From the NCBI GenBank assembly GCA_918797485.1, contig CAKKNE010000001.1:4526001-4590000 (forward strand): 64,000 bases of DNA. The letters are read 5' to 3'. The translations under genes were made by a program, and so were the position numbers. This document shows positions 38,954 to 48,154 of the stretch, piece after piece. Each line of letters begins with the position of its first letter. The stretch's first letter is position 1. The DNA comes from Pelagomonas calceolata (taxonomy: Eukaryota). A model generated the notes under the pieces. The model was given only the letters and a program-made list of their open reading frames with translations, was not told the DNA's origin and made no database searches.

Positions 38954-40234
38954 TCACGCCGAGCCGAGGACGGCGACGTGGAGGTCGCCGGCGCCGGCAT
39001 CGGCGTGCTTGCCGGCCGTCATTGATGCCGTGGGGACGACGGCGAGCCACTCGCGGACGACGAGGCCCGCGGCCGCGAAGAGGGGCTCGCGCATCGCGCG
39101 GCGGCCGAGGGTGACGACGAGAACGACGCCGGCGGGCCGGAGGCACGCCCGGGCGGCGGCGAGGTAGGCCAAGGCGTCGGGGGACGAGGCCGCCCACGTA
39201 TCGGTTACGTCCGCCCGCTCCCGCACGGGCTTGATGAGCATGGCGTCGAGGCAGCCCTTGTCGAGGACGAGGGCCGCACTCCCGTCCGCGCAGCCGAGCG
39301 GCGCGAAGGACGCCGTGAGGTCGCCCGTGACCCACGCCACCCGGGAGTCGGGGTGGCGCCTGCGCATCCGCGCGGTCGCGTTGTCCGCGTAGTCGGCCGC
39401 CACGATCCGCGCGCCGGCGTGCGCGCGTTCGAGCTCGACGGGGAGGTCGGACGTGCCGTTGCCCGAGACCAGGACGAGCCCGGTCCCGCCGCGCGGCAGC
39501 ACGCGGGCCACGACGCCGGCGATCGCCGCGAACGGGCAGTACCACTCGAAGACCTCCTCGGCGTCCATGCGCCGCGCCCAGTACCGTTGCCCGTCCTCGA
39601 GGAGCTCGAGCCCCATGAGCCGCGGCACGACCAGCTCCAGCCCCGCCGCGAGGGGGCCCGCGACCCACAGCAGCGATAGCGTCGCGTTCGTCTCCGCGTC
39701 GTAGACGGCGGCGCGGCCCGCGGTCGCGGCCCCGGCGTCGTCGACGCCCACCGTCCGTAACCGCGACCCGAGCTCGTCCTGGACGTAGTACGTCACGTCG
39801 CCGCCCCGCGCCGCCGCCGCCGCGTCCGCCACGAGGCGCATCGGGTGCGCGAGGGGCGCCAGCGTCTTCAGCAGGCCGAGCGTGGCCCCCGCGTCGCCGT
39901 ACGACCCCGGCGCGGTCCCGTGCGGCCGCACCAACGCATCCAGGCGGTCCCGCAACTCCTCGTGCGCGTCAAGCTGCGTGAACGCCGCGAATGCGTCTTT
40001 AACGAGCCACACGTGGTCCACCAGCCACACGTCCATTCCTTCGAGGTCCCGCGCCGCCACGACGGACCACCCGCCGTCCGCCTCGACCGCGTACGTCAGG
40101 GACGCCCCCCCGTCGAAGATCTGCGCCCGCACCTTGCGCGCCGCCTCGTTCCACAGCTCCCGGGGTAGCTGAATCGCCGCGAACTGCGCCGCGTGCGCCT
40201 CGAGCCACGCGCCGTCGTCCGCGTACGCCGCCAT
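38954..40234 (-). CDS. TTLL12-like N-terminal domain fused to a class I SAM methyltransferase (EEF1AKMT4/METTL13-like)
   Basis: VWLVDHVW, YVQDELGSR, SLLW; then YWARR...FEWY, SGNGTS, DKGCLDAM. Confidence 0.72.
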   Translation of the reverse strand: MAAYADDGAWLEAHAAQFAAIQLPRELWNEAARKVRAQIFDGGASLTYAVEADGGWSVVAARDLEGMDVWLVDHVWLVKDAFAAFTQLDAHEELRDRLDALVRPHGTAPGSYGDAGATLGLLKTLAPLAHPMRLVADAAAAARGGDVTYYVQDELGSRLRTVGVDDAGAATAGRAAVYDAETNATLSLLWVAGPLAAGLELVVPRLMGLELLEDGQRYWARRMDAEEVFEWYCPFAAIAGVVARVLPRGGTGLVLVSGNGTSDLPVELERAHAGARIVAADYADNATARMRRRHPDSRVAWVTGDLTASFAPLGCADGSAALVLDKGCLDAMLIKPVRERADVTDTWAASSPDALAYLAAARACLRPAGVVLVVTLGRRAMREPLFAAAGLVVREWLAVVPTASMTAGKHADAGAGDLHVAVLGSA

Positions 40235-40520
40235 GCCGTAGGCCTTGGTGAAAATCGACCGGTGACGCGGACGCTGCGAACGCGAGTCCACGCCATGGTT
40301 CAGAAGGCGCCCTGAAGGTTGAATTCCGCCTGGGTCGATGCGAGCGAACGATGCGAGCCGAGCGATTCGCAGCGGAGCAATATCAATGCGCAGCAATGTT
40401 AAAGCGGCAAAAGGAGAGCTTCAGCTGCGTCGTGCTTGCACTGATGCTCTATAGCTGAACCCTTAGCCAAGCCCACGAATGCCGCGTTCCGAGCGTCAAG
40501 TGCTTGCTTGCTTGGGGTGC

Positions 40521-40543
40521 CTAGTGTCTTACAGGACGCTAGC
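40521..40543. promoter_or_regulatory. Conserved intergenic CTAG-pair motif
   Basis: ctagtgtcttacaggacgctagc upstream of the methyltransferase gene. Confidence 0.65.
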
Positions 40544-40662
40544 AAGCGGGGGGGTTGCGAGGTGTTTGAATCGGGACGACGATGGGAAACTAGAGGTTAT
40601 ATACAAAAACCGGTGGGAGGGGATCTTGGGAGTGGTCTTGGGGTCTCGGGGACGGACGCGCC

Positions 40663-41271
40663 TCACGCCGTCGCCGAGCCGAGGTCCGCGCCCATGGCGC
40701 CGTGCGTCACCGTCGTCATCTCGTTGCATTCGAAGATGAGGTCCGTGCCGCACTTGAAGAGGCCGCAGACCTCGGCGGAGCCCTCCGCGCCGCTCGCGCG
40801 GTCCTTGTACGAAACGACGTGGTGGCTGAAGATGTGCGTCTCGCGCTTCCCGTCGTTGGCGAACGCGTAGGCGTGGAGCTCCTTCCAGCGGACGCTCACG
40901 TCTTTTATCTTGCCGTGCACGACCTTCATGTGCTCGACGAACTCGTCGTAGCCGATGGTCTTGCCGTCGACGTGCTGGACGTAGTCGCGGTCGAAGTACT
41001 TGGGGATCTTGGCCTCGAGCTGCTCCACCGACGAGGCGCAGACGACGTCGTTCATCACCTGCGTGGGATCACGACGACGTCGCGTCGATGGCGTGGGGGC
41101 TGACGCTGCGAGAACCGTCATAAAATAGTCCTTCCACCAAGTCTCCGAGACGTAGCCCTTGTTGGTGTAGAACTCGCTCAGGTCCATCGGACCCGTCGCG
41201 GTCGGCTGCAGTTTCAGGCTGCGGCTCCGGCCAGAGCCTGATCCAGACGTGTCGGACGACGAGTAGGCCAT
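40663..41271 (-). CDS. SnoaL/NTF2-like small protein; intron 41059-41115
   Basis: KYFDRDYVQHVDGKTIGYDEFVEHM resembles SnoaL-like fold proteins; alternative start at MDLSEFY. Confidence 0.68.
   Translation of the reverse strand: MAYSSSDTSGSGSGRSRSLKLQPTATGPMDLSEFYTNKGYVSETWWKDYFMTVLAASAPTPSTRRRRDPTQVMNDVVCASSVEQLEAKIPKYFDRDYVQHVDGKTIGYDEFVEHMKVVHGKIKDVSVRWKELHAYAFANDGKRETHIFSHHVVSYKDRASGAEGSAEVCGLFKCGTDLIFECNEMTTVTHGAMGADLGSATA
41059..41115 (-). mobile_element. 57-nt in-frame intron with introner core
   Basis: acg|gttctc...cccacgcag|gtg on the minus strand; exact core at 41079-41094. Confidence 0.78.
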
Positions 41272-41470
41272 GTCGTCCGTTTTTTAGACCAGGGAGGCGG
41301 GCGACTGGTGGCTGGCTCACAGGCAGAACTTGCCAAAAATGTGAATTAGGCCTCGGCGACCGGATTCTCGCACTTATGAGGATACACCGTGAGTGTGTGA
41401 AGTCTCGCGAAGCTCGCACACGGGCCCAGACTCCGGACGGTCCGGCGAGCACGCTGTGTGAAATAGGTGG

Positions 41471-41494
41471 GCTAGCGGCCTGTAAGACACTAGC
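41471..41494. promoter_or_regulatory. Conserved intergenic CTAG-pair motif
   Basis: gctagcggcctgtaagacactagc, identical over 24 nt to the copy at 4982. Confidence 0.65.
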
Positions 41495-41563
41495 GGCCTA
41501 TTCTCGCGCGACTCCTCGTGCGCCACCGAAAGTATTCCAATCTCACAAACACAAAAAAACTTA

Positions 41564-42790
41564 CTACGGACCAGGTGGCGGCGGCGGCTCCGGCAGGAAC
41601 CCGAACCGAGCGTCGTACGCGTCGACCACTCCACAAAGCGCCTCGCTACAAACGCCGAAGTCCGCGTCTTCGAGCCCGTACTTCGCGAAGTGCTGCTGGT
41701 ACGCGCCCATGGATCTAAGTTTGGCGAGCTTGTCCAAGTAATCGACGAGCAGCGCCGGCGCGAGATTCGTCTGCGCGACACAAGTCAACGAACGCTGCCC
41801 ATCGACCTTATGAGAGGACCGAGACAGGGCGTGGGGCTCGAAGAGCACGGCGCCGGGCGGCGCCCGTCGCGCATCGGGCGCTAGTCTCTTCCGCAACATT
41901 GATAGAGGCAACGGCGACGCGTCACCAACACCGCGAGCGACCGCCGTCGCCTGGCACGCAACCAAGGGCCGATCCAACACATCAGCCTTCGGGAAGGCCT
42001 CGGCCAACCGGGACGCGAGCTTCGGCCAGTCGTCGCTTTTTTTCACAGGTTTTGATAGTGTCGACCGCACGTCGCAGAAGGGTAATGAAGTACAGCACCT
42101 CAGGACCACATCCCGTTGACCGCAGAACTGCCTTTCGATATTATCTTGCAGGCGCGGCAATAATAGACCGGCGAGGTCCCGGGCGAAGGCCGCGTTCGGT
42201 TCTTCGGTGGGCGCGTCGCAGGCGTAGTCGCGCCAGATTGAAGCATCAGCGTACTCCGTCAATTGGTGCAGCGCGAGGCAGGCGTTGTACGCGGCCATCG
42301 GCGTCCCGAAGCCGCGCCTCGACAGAGCCACGCCGAGCAATGTAGATGTAGGGTAGTCGTCGCGCGCGCCCTGGAGCAGTGCGGAGGCCAAACCAGATGT
42401 GCCACCATCAATAGAGAAGAGGAAGGACAGCGTGCCGACCCTTGAACAGCGCTCGGCCTCGCGCCTTAATCGTTCCTCGGCCATTTCCCGCAGCTCCTCT
42501 CGCTTCGAAAAGCCCATGCCAAAGCACTTGCCGCAGCCGAAATTGCCCTTCGTCACGATGTCCCTCGCATCAAAGACCGGCCGCCTGCCTCCTAGCAATT
42601 GGCAGCCCTCGAGCGCGCGGTCGTCGCCATCTATAATAATGGCGCGCGCCGTCTGCCTTCGGACATCGAATAAGGCGCCCTTGCGCCGCTTCTTGTCGTC
42701 CTCATCAGCAGCCTCGCCCGCGGCTATCCTCCAGAAGTGGCTCGCGACGTCGGCGCCCGTCTGGCCGAGCGCGAGGTGGACGCTGGTCAT
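41564..42790 (-). CDS. Divergent tubulin, delta-like (zeta not excluded)
   Basis: LGQTG, ARAIIID, EAERC, GGTSG, YNACL.L..L, C-terminal GAYQQHFAKYGLEDADF. Confidence 0.75.
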   Translation of the reverse strand: MTSVHLALGQTGADVASHFWRIAAGEAADEDDKKRRKGALFDVRRQTARAIIIDGDDRALEGCQLLGGRRPVFDARDIVTKGNFGCGKCFGMGFSKREELREMAEERLRREAERCSRVGTLSFLFSIDGGTSGLASALLQGARDDYPTSTLLGVALSRRGFGTPMAAYNACLALHQLTEYADASIWRDYACDAPTEEPNAAFARDLAGLLLPRLQDNIERQFCGQRDVVLRCCTSLPFCDVRSTLSKPVKKSDDWPKLASRLAEAFPKADVLDRPLVACQATAVARGVGDASPLPLSMLRKRLAPDARRAPPGAVLFEPHALSRSSHKVDGQRSLTCVAQTNLAPALLVDYLDKLAKLRSMGAYQQHFAKYGLEDADFGVCSEALCGVVDAYDARFGFLPEPPPPPGP

Positions 42791-43032
42791 CGTTTTCTTC
42801 GGCGCGTTTTTGGCACTGTTTAAGTGCTTGCCGGAGGCCGAATTTGCGTCGCTGTTGCACGGCGCGCGCTGCGTAGGGCCCGGAGAGCACCTGGTGAGAT
42901 GCTCTCAGGCTCAGTAGACTGCGCACCCCCGGTCGCAGCTGTTGTGGCGCTGCAAAAGAGATACGAGTGCGTCTAATTGAGATGATCAGAAGCCAGGAGC
43001 GGCTCTATAACCGCGGCGGGCGCGAAGCTGTT

Positions 43033-43057
43033 TGCTAGTGTGTTACGGACCTTTAGC
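43033..43057. promoter_or_regulatory. Conserved intergenic CTAG-pair motif (second arm degenerate)
   Basis: tgctagtgtgttacggacctttagc between the tubulin and cyclin genes. Confidence 0.55.
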
Positions 43058-43261
43058 CTCAAAAATTAATTCAGCCACAGCAGCCTGTAACATGACATCC
43101 TCAGCCCGCTAGGCGCGGCTAGAAGCTATTGAAGCGGTACAGTCAAGCCACTGGACCGGCGCAACGCTGCTCCCCAAAAAGGAGCGGCCTCTGCGGGCTC
43201 CCCGCTGAGCACAGGCCAAGCGTAGCATCTCAGGCTGCGCAGGGCCAGCGACCGGGCAAAG

Positions 43262-44506
43262 ATGATCGAGCAGCCCCTGCCGCCCCCCAAAGAGCTCGAC
43301 CTCGGCGCCGCCGCCGCCCGCGACGAGCTTAAAGACCTAGACCCCCTCGGCGCCGCCGCGGGCAGGCGAGCGAAGGTCGTCGCGGCCGGCCACGCCGCCG
43401 CCGACCACAAGACGACCATTTTAGTGCCGCCACAAAGACCCAAGCGGGTGGGCTTCATCGAGGAGAAGATCCCGGAAGACGCGCCCGCTCCGGCCGAGGA
43501 GAAGCGGCCGCCGCGGGCATCTAGATTGTCATTATCCACCTCACCATCCGACGCCGGCTCGGTAAAGAATCGCCTGTCCATCTCCCAGTCGCCGGAGGGG
43601 CTGAGCCTGACGGACGAGAAGGCCCTCTTCACCCCGACGCACGTCGTCTCAACGCCGTCCGTACCTCGAAGAGTACCCTACGCCTCACCAGCCATCAGAA
43701 TACAAAGCAACCGCCACCAGCAGGTCGGGTCCGCGTCTGGCTCCGTTTCAAGGCCAGATTTTGACGACTGTCTTCGAAGGTCAGCAGCGGTATTACACAA
43801 GCACGTGACCGTTTGTGATTGGCGACGAAGACGAGCAGCGAGGGACCGGCCGGAGACACTAGATACGGGACAATTCAGAGACAGCGCAGCTCGACTCTTC
43901 GACGAGGCGCGGTACGCGGCGCCGCGAAAAGCGGCGACGATCTTCCGCCTACCGCTGGCGTATGGCGCTTTTCATGTGTCTACAAGAACACTAGCCCCGA
44001 AGTACACGACGCCGTCGATGCGGGACATCTATGATTTTATGTCCGCTTTGTTCTTGAAAGCTCACCTGTCCTCGGAGTGTTCTGTGGTTTGTCTGATCTA
44101 CGTCGAGCGGTTGATGGAGAAGGCGCACGTGCCGTTCGACGACCGGACCTGGCGACCAGTACTACTCTGCTCCATGCTTTTAGCGTCGAAGGTCTGGCAG
44201 GACTGCGCGTCGTGGAACGTGGAATTTAGCGCGGTCTTCCCCCAGTTCGGGCTGGCGGCGCTGAATCGCTTAGAAAGGGTCTTCGTGACGCAGATCGGCT
44301 GGGACATGTACATCTCCCAGTCTTTATATGCGAAATACTACTTCGCTTTACGGTCTTTGAATGAGAAGCAGGACTTTAGGCGGCGCTACAACCGCTTCGT
44401 GCTCGATGACCGGCGCGAGCCCGCTCCGAAAGACGCGCGCATCGTCGAGCAGCGGTCGACCAAGATCCGGAGCGAGTGGGTCAAGGCGCTGTCGAAGTCG
44501 ATCTAG
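43262..44506 (+). CDS. Cyclin Y-like protein
   Basis: IYDFMSALF..A.LSSECSVVCLIYVERL, W RP...MLLASKVWQD, N.LER, SLYAKYYFALR. Confidence 0.88.
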   Translation: MIEQPLPPPKELDLGAAAARDELKDLDPLGAAAGRRAKVVAAGHAAADHKTTILVPPQRPKRVGFIEEKIPEDAPAPAEEKRPPRASRLSLSTSPSDAGSVKNRLSISQSPEGLSLTDEKALFTPTHVVSTPSVPRRVPYASPAIRIQSNRHQQVGSASGSVSRPDFDDCLRRSAAVLHKHVTVCDWRRRRAARDRPETLDTGQFRDSAARLFDEARYAAPRKAATIFRLPLAYGAFHVSTRTLAPKYTTPSMRDIYDFMSALFLKAHLSSECSVVCLIYVERLMEKAHVPFDDRTWRPVLLCSMLLASKVWQDCASWNVEFSAVFPQFGLAALNRLERVFVTQIGWDMYISQSLYAKYYFALRSLNEKQDFRRRYNRFVLDDRREPAPKDARIVEQRSTKIRSEWVKALSKSI

Positions 44507-44573
44507 TCTTATGTGGTAATCGAATGATATTGTGAGTTTTAGACTACGCGTCGCGTCGATGGCGTTTCTTTTT

Positions 44574-44752
44574 TTACGCTCCCCCTGATGGCGTTTCTTC
44601 GCGGGCGCGGAGCGCGGCTCGGGCGTCTCGCAGATTGAGCTCAATTGCCATTGTGATCGGGTTCTCGCTTCCAAAAACGCGCCGCGCGATCCGTCCAGCG
44701 TCCTCGAGTGTTTTCAAGCCCTCGCGGAGATCGTCGAGCGTCGCACCGGGGT
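44574..44752 (-). pseudogene. 3' fragment of a MYND-RINGv-TPR family gene
   Basis: DPGATLDDLREGLKTLEDAGRIARRVFGSENP...* is homologous to the C-terminus of the 32046-33173 protein; no upstream coding region. Confidence 0.8.
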
Positions 44753-44934
44753 CTCTCGGCGCCACACTCGACGATTTTCGCGAGGCCGTGGCGACGCTCG
44801 AAGGCGCGACACTGATTGCGCGGCGCGTGCTTGGAAACACGCACCCGCTCACTTCGTCGATTGAGAACGTTCTGCAACAGTCGCGAGCTCTGCTCCGCGC
44901 CCGCGAAACGCCATCGCCGCCGGATACTGGGTAA
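44753..44934 (+). pseudogene. Second 3' fragment of the same family in inverted orientation
   Basis: GATLDDFREAVATLEGATLIARRVLGNTHPLT...ARETPS...*. Confidence 0.8.
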
Positions 44935-45005
44935 GCACTCGCGTACTAGGTATTAGATGGCAAATCGATGTTTAATAGACAATAGGGGAGAGAACGGGCG
45001 CAAGC

Positions 45006-46835
45006 TCACTCCGTCTGCGACGCCGACGACACCGACGCCGACGACGCCGTCGGGGCCGACGCGCCCGGGTAGTAGGCGCCCTGCGGCACGGTCATGGGCG
45101 CGTGCGGCGGCGCCCAGTAGCCGTGGGGCGGCGGCGGCGGCGCGTAGTAGTAGGGGTAGGGCGGCGGCGGCGGCATCTGGCCCTGCTGCGGCGGCTGCGC
45201 GTACGGCTGCTGCGGCGGCGCGTACTGGTACGGGTGCGGCGGGTAGCCGTAGCCGTAGGGCGCGTAGCCGGGGAAGTTGAACGAGAGCTGCGTCTTGCGG
45301 CGGACCGGCGCCTCGGCGTCGGTGGGAGACGCCGGCGAGGCCTCGGTCTTCGCCTCGACGGCCTCTTGTATTTGTTCCGTCACCCGGCGGACGAGCGCCG
45401 CGACGGGGCCCTCCTCCTCCACCACGACGGGCTCCGGCGCCGGCGCCGCTTCCACGACGACGACAACCTCCGGCGCCGCCTCGACCTCGATCTCCCGCGC
45501 GGCCTCCATCAATTCCGGCGCCGCCGCGTCCTCCTCGGAATTGACGATCGACGTGATCGTCCTTCTATTGAGAGTCGAGTGGCGCTTCAAAGGCACAGAC
45601 ACAACCTCGTCCTCCTCCTCCTTCATGGAATCCTCGATCGCCGTCAATCGACGAACAATCGCCGTGCGCACCGGAGTCACGACTTCCTCGGCCTCCTCGA
45701 GCGCCGCCTCGATCGTCGAGGATAAATCAGTCGTCTGCCGCTGCAACATATCTTCATCATCTTCACCCTCGACGGCCGTCGCCCTACGAACGAGCGCCCT
45801 CTGGTACAGGCCGCGCGCGGAGCCGCCCATCTTCTGCGACGGCCCGCCCTCCGTGACGCGGCGCTGCAACGGAGCCTCGACCATAGTTTTGGCACGTTTC
45901 AATTTGGCGGCCTGCAACTCGGCAACTAAACCCTCCAACCGCTGCACGGTACCTAACAACTCCTTCACTTCCTCCTCTTGCTCCGACGACCGCGCCTGTT
46001 GCAATGCAGCAAGCGTCGTATTTAATTTAGCCTGCACATCAACATCCAAGCCATCCAAGAACTGGCCCAGCAGATGCTTGGGGATGTTGTGGCGCTGCGC
46101 GACGAGGTCGTCCTCCTCGTCCTCGTCCTGAGCCAAAAATCTGGGAGAATTCACGTGCTGCTCCGTGGCCCAGATGACGTAGCGCGCGTGCATCTGGAAG
46201 ATCAGCCGGATGAAGAAGGGCCCCGACCACTTCTGCCCATAATGGTAGACCTCGATCTTGCCGTCGTCGCGCGTCGCGTACCCAAAGTTCTGGACCATCT
46301 CCCACAGAGTATTCCCAAATAAAGCGTCCGTGCACTTGAAGCGCTCCTTCTTGTTGAAGCAGACCGTGTTCGCCTCGCCGTCGGCATCTTCCTCTTCCCT
46401 TTCGTCGAACTGCATCGACACGACCATGTTGCTGATGATGGGCGGTAGGCCAAACGTGTGGACGTGGCCGTTGTCGTCGAAGTAGCCCGACCGCATCATG
46501 AAGTCGACCATGAACGGGAACACGCAGAAGATCTCCATGAAGTCCTCGTTCCCGTAAAATTCAGCTAAGGCATTCGGGTCCGCCTCGGTCACGAATCTAT
46601 GGTCGTAGAAGTGCTCCTCGCTGCCAAAGAAGGTCTGGCCCGCGACGCAGCCTACCGTTACTACTCCAGCACCAATAGCTAGTTTGGTTTGGAGCGGGCT
46701 GATCGGCTTCGACGCCGTGACGAGGCCTCTGCTTTTCATGACCCGCGCCTTGTAGGCGGCGCCGCCGGCTGTGAGGCCGTAGGCTCTTTTGCGTAAAGGC
46801 GCCGGCAGGCGGTTGAGGACGGAGCGCAGGGCCAT
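45006..46835 (-). CDS. Hypothetical protein, probably mitochondrial, with globular N-half, acidic coiled region and Pro/Tyr-rich tail
   Basis: 609-aa ORF; basic amphipathic N-terminus followed by a TM segment. Confidence 0.72.
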   Translation of the reverse strand: MALRSVLNRLPAPLRKRAYGLTAGGAAYKARVMKSRGLVTASKPISPLQTKLAIGAGVVTVGCVAGQTFFGSEEHFYDHRFVTEADPNALAEFYGNEDFMEIFCVFPFMVDFMMRSGYFDDNGHVHTFGLPPIISNMVVSMQFDEREEEDADGEANTVCFNKKERFKCTDALFGNTLWEMVQNFGYATRDDGKIEVYHYGQKWSGPFFIRLIFQMHARYVIWATEQHVNSPRFLAQDEDEEDDLVAQRHNIPKHLLGQFLDGLDVDVQAKLNTTLAALQQARSSEQEEEVKELLGTVQRLEGLVAELQAAKLKRAKTMVEAPLQRRVTEGGPSQKMGGSARGLYQRALVRRATAVEGEDDEDMLQRQTTDLSSTIEAALEEAEEVVTPVRTAIVRRLTAIEDSMKEEEDEVVSVPLKRHSTLNRRTITSIVNSEEDAAAPELMEAAREIEVEAAPEVVVVVEAAPAPEPVVVEEEGPVAALVRRVTEQIQEAVEAKTEASPASPTDAEAPVRRKTQLSFNFPGYAPYGYGYPPHPYQYAPPQQPYAQPPQQGQMPPPPPYPYYYAPPPPPHGYWAPPHAPMTVPQGAYYPGASAPTASSASVSSASQTE

Positions 46836-47226
46836 GGTGCTGCTACACTACTGAGTGTGGTGGCGATGGTGTGATGCGGCGCGCCGCTTTGCTATGAACG
46901 CAGCGCAGGAGCTGTGATATGGTACGTGTGGCCCGGCGATAGTGCGGGGGCTGCTTGAACGTGCAGGTGCTTCGAGGTAGGTCGTAAGCGGTCTCTTTCC
47001 TCTGTTTGGCAGGGCTGACGCGGCGGACACGCGGTCGAGACACGCCCATTTTGAAGATGCGTCCCGAGCGTACGTAACGACATTCCAAGCCGCCCAGGAG
47101 CACTCCTGGCCGAACGTCCAAAAACGCGCGGGGTACACCCCAAGGGCCAAGTAAATTACGGGAGATCGACGTCACCGTGAAGAGAGCGCCATACGCAGAC
47201 AGGACTCATACAACATTCCACCCGTC

Positions 47227-47592
47227 ATGTTCCGTGCGACGACGACCATCGCACGGGCAGCGCGCGCCACGGCGCCGCGCCGGACCATGGCCAGCAGCAG
47301 CGGGCTGCCTCTCCCCAGCGTGAGCACCGTCGTCCTGACAACGGGCGCCTTGGGCGCTGCCGGCTACTGGGCCTATTTAAGGCAACAAGAAAAACTCCAC
47401 CAGTCCGCCATCATCTGGCACGGCGCCGACCGCGGCGCGCGGCCGCCGACCGAGCAGGTCTTCTTTCCCCCGGAGGAGCGCGGCGAGATGCCCCAGTGGA
47501 AGCGCATCTGGCGCACGACGACGCCCTCCGGGTTTAACAGGGAGGGCGACACGGAGCTCGTGGCCGAGGAGGGCCAGCAGCCGACGGTGTGA
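47227..47592 (+). CDS. Small single-TM protein with mitochondrial-type presequence
   Basis: MFRATTTIARAARATAPRRTMAS presequence; one TM helix. Confidence 0.68.
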   Translation: MFRATTTIARAARATAPRRTMASSSGLPLPSVSTVVLTTGALGAAGYWAYLRQQEKLHQSAIIWHGADRGARPPTEQVFFPPEERGEMPQWKRIWRTTTPSGFNREGDTELVAEEGQQPTV

Positions 47593-47782
47593 GCGTCGCG
47601 CGTCTTCCAAAAAAAGTAACTTGTCTAGAATCGTAGTTAGCTATCCTTTGTCCTTCGTCGTTAACGGCGTGAATCGACTACCGTTGCGACGCGCGAATCG
47701 GCGCGAATCAGCCAGTGGTATGAGGACCTCCATGCTTTTGGAGGCCAACACATCAGCGTAAAAAAGCAAGGCAACAGGCACC

Positions 47783-48154
47783 ATGAGTGCCCCGCGCAAG
47801 TTCGCGACGCTCGCGGCCGACGCCCTGCGCCGCAGCGTCTCTCCCGAGATGGAGCGCGCCGTCGAGGTGCAGCTGCGGGAGGTGGTGAGGCGAGTGTGGT
47901 GGGTGCTGCAGCCCTACCGGTCCTTCGGCGAGAGCCGCGTCACTATTAGAAGGACGGAGGACACCATGAAATACATCCGCGGCCTGCCGGCCGACTCGGG
48001 GCAGCGGGCGGCGGCGACGGCGATGCGAGCGCGCGACGCCGCCCAGACCGCATGGCGCGTCTACGCGACGTACCCCTTGACGATCTGCGGGGGTATCCTG
48101 GGCGCGTACGGCGCGGTGGCGACGGTGACGGCGCCGAAGAAGCGCCAGTCGTAG
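47783..48154 (+). CDS. Small hypothetical protein with C-terminal TM
   Basis: 123-aa ORF with high GC3 codon use. Confidence 0.55.
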   Translation: MSAPRKFATLAADALRRSVSPEMERAVEVQLREVVRRVWWVLQPYRSFGESRVTIRRTEDTMKYIRGLPADSGQRAAATAMRARDAAQTAWRVYATYPLTICGGILGAYGAVATVTAPKKRQS

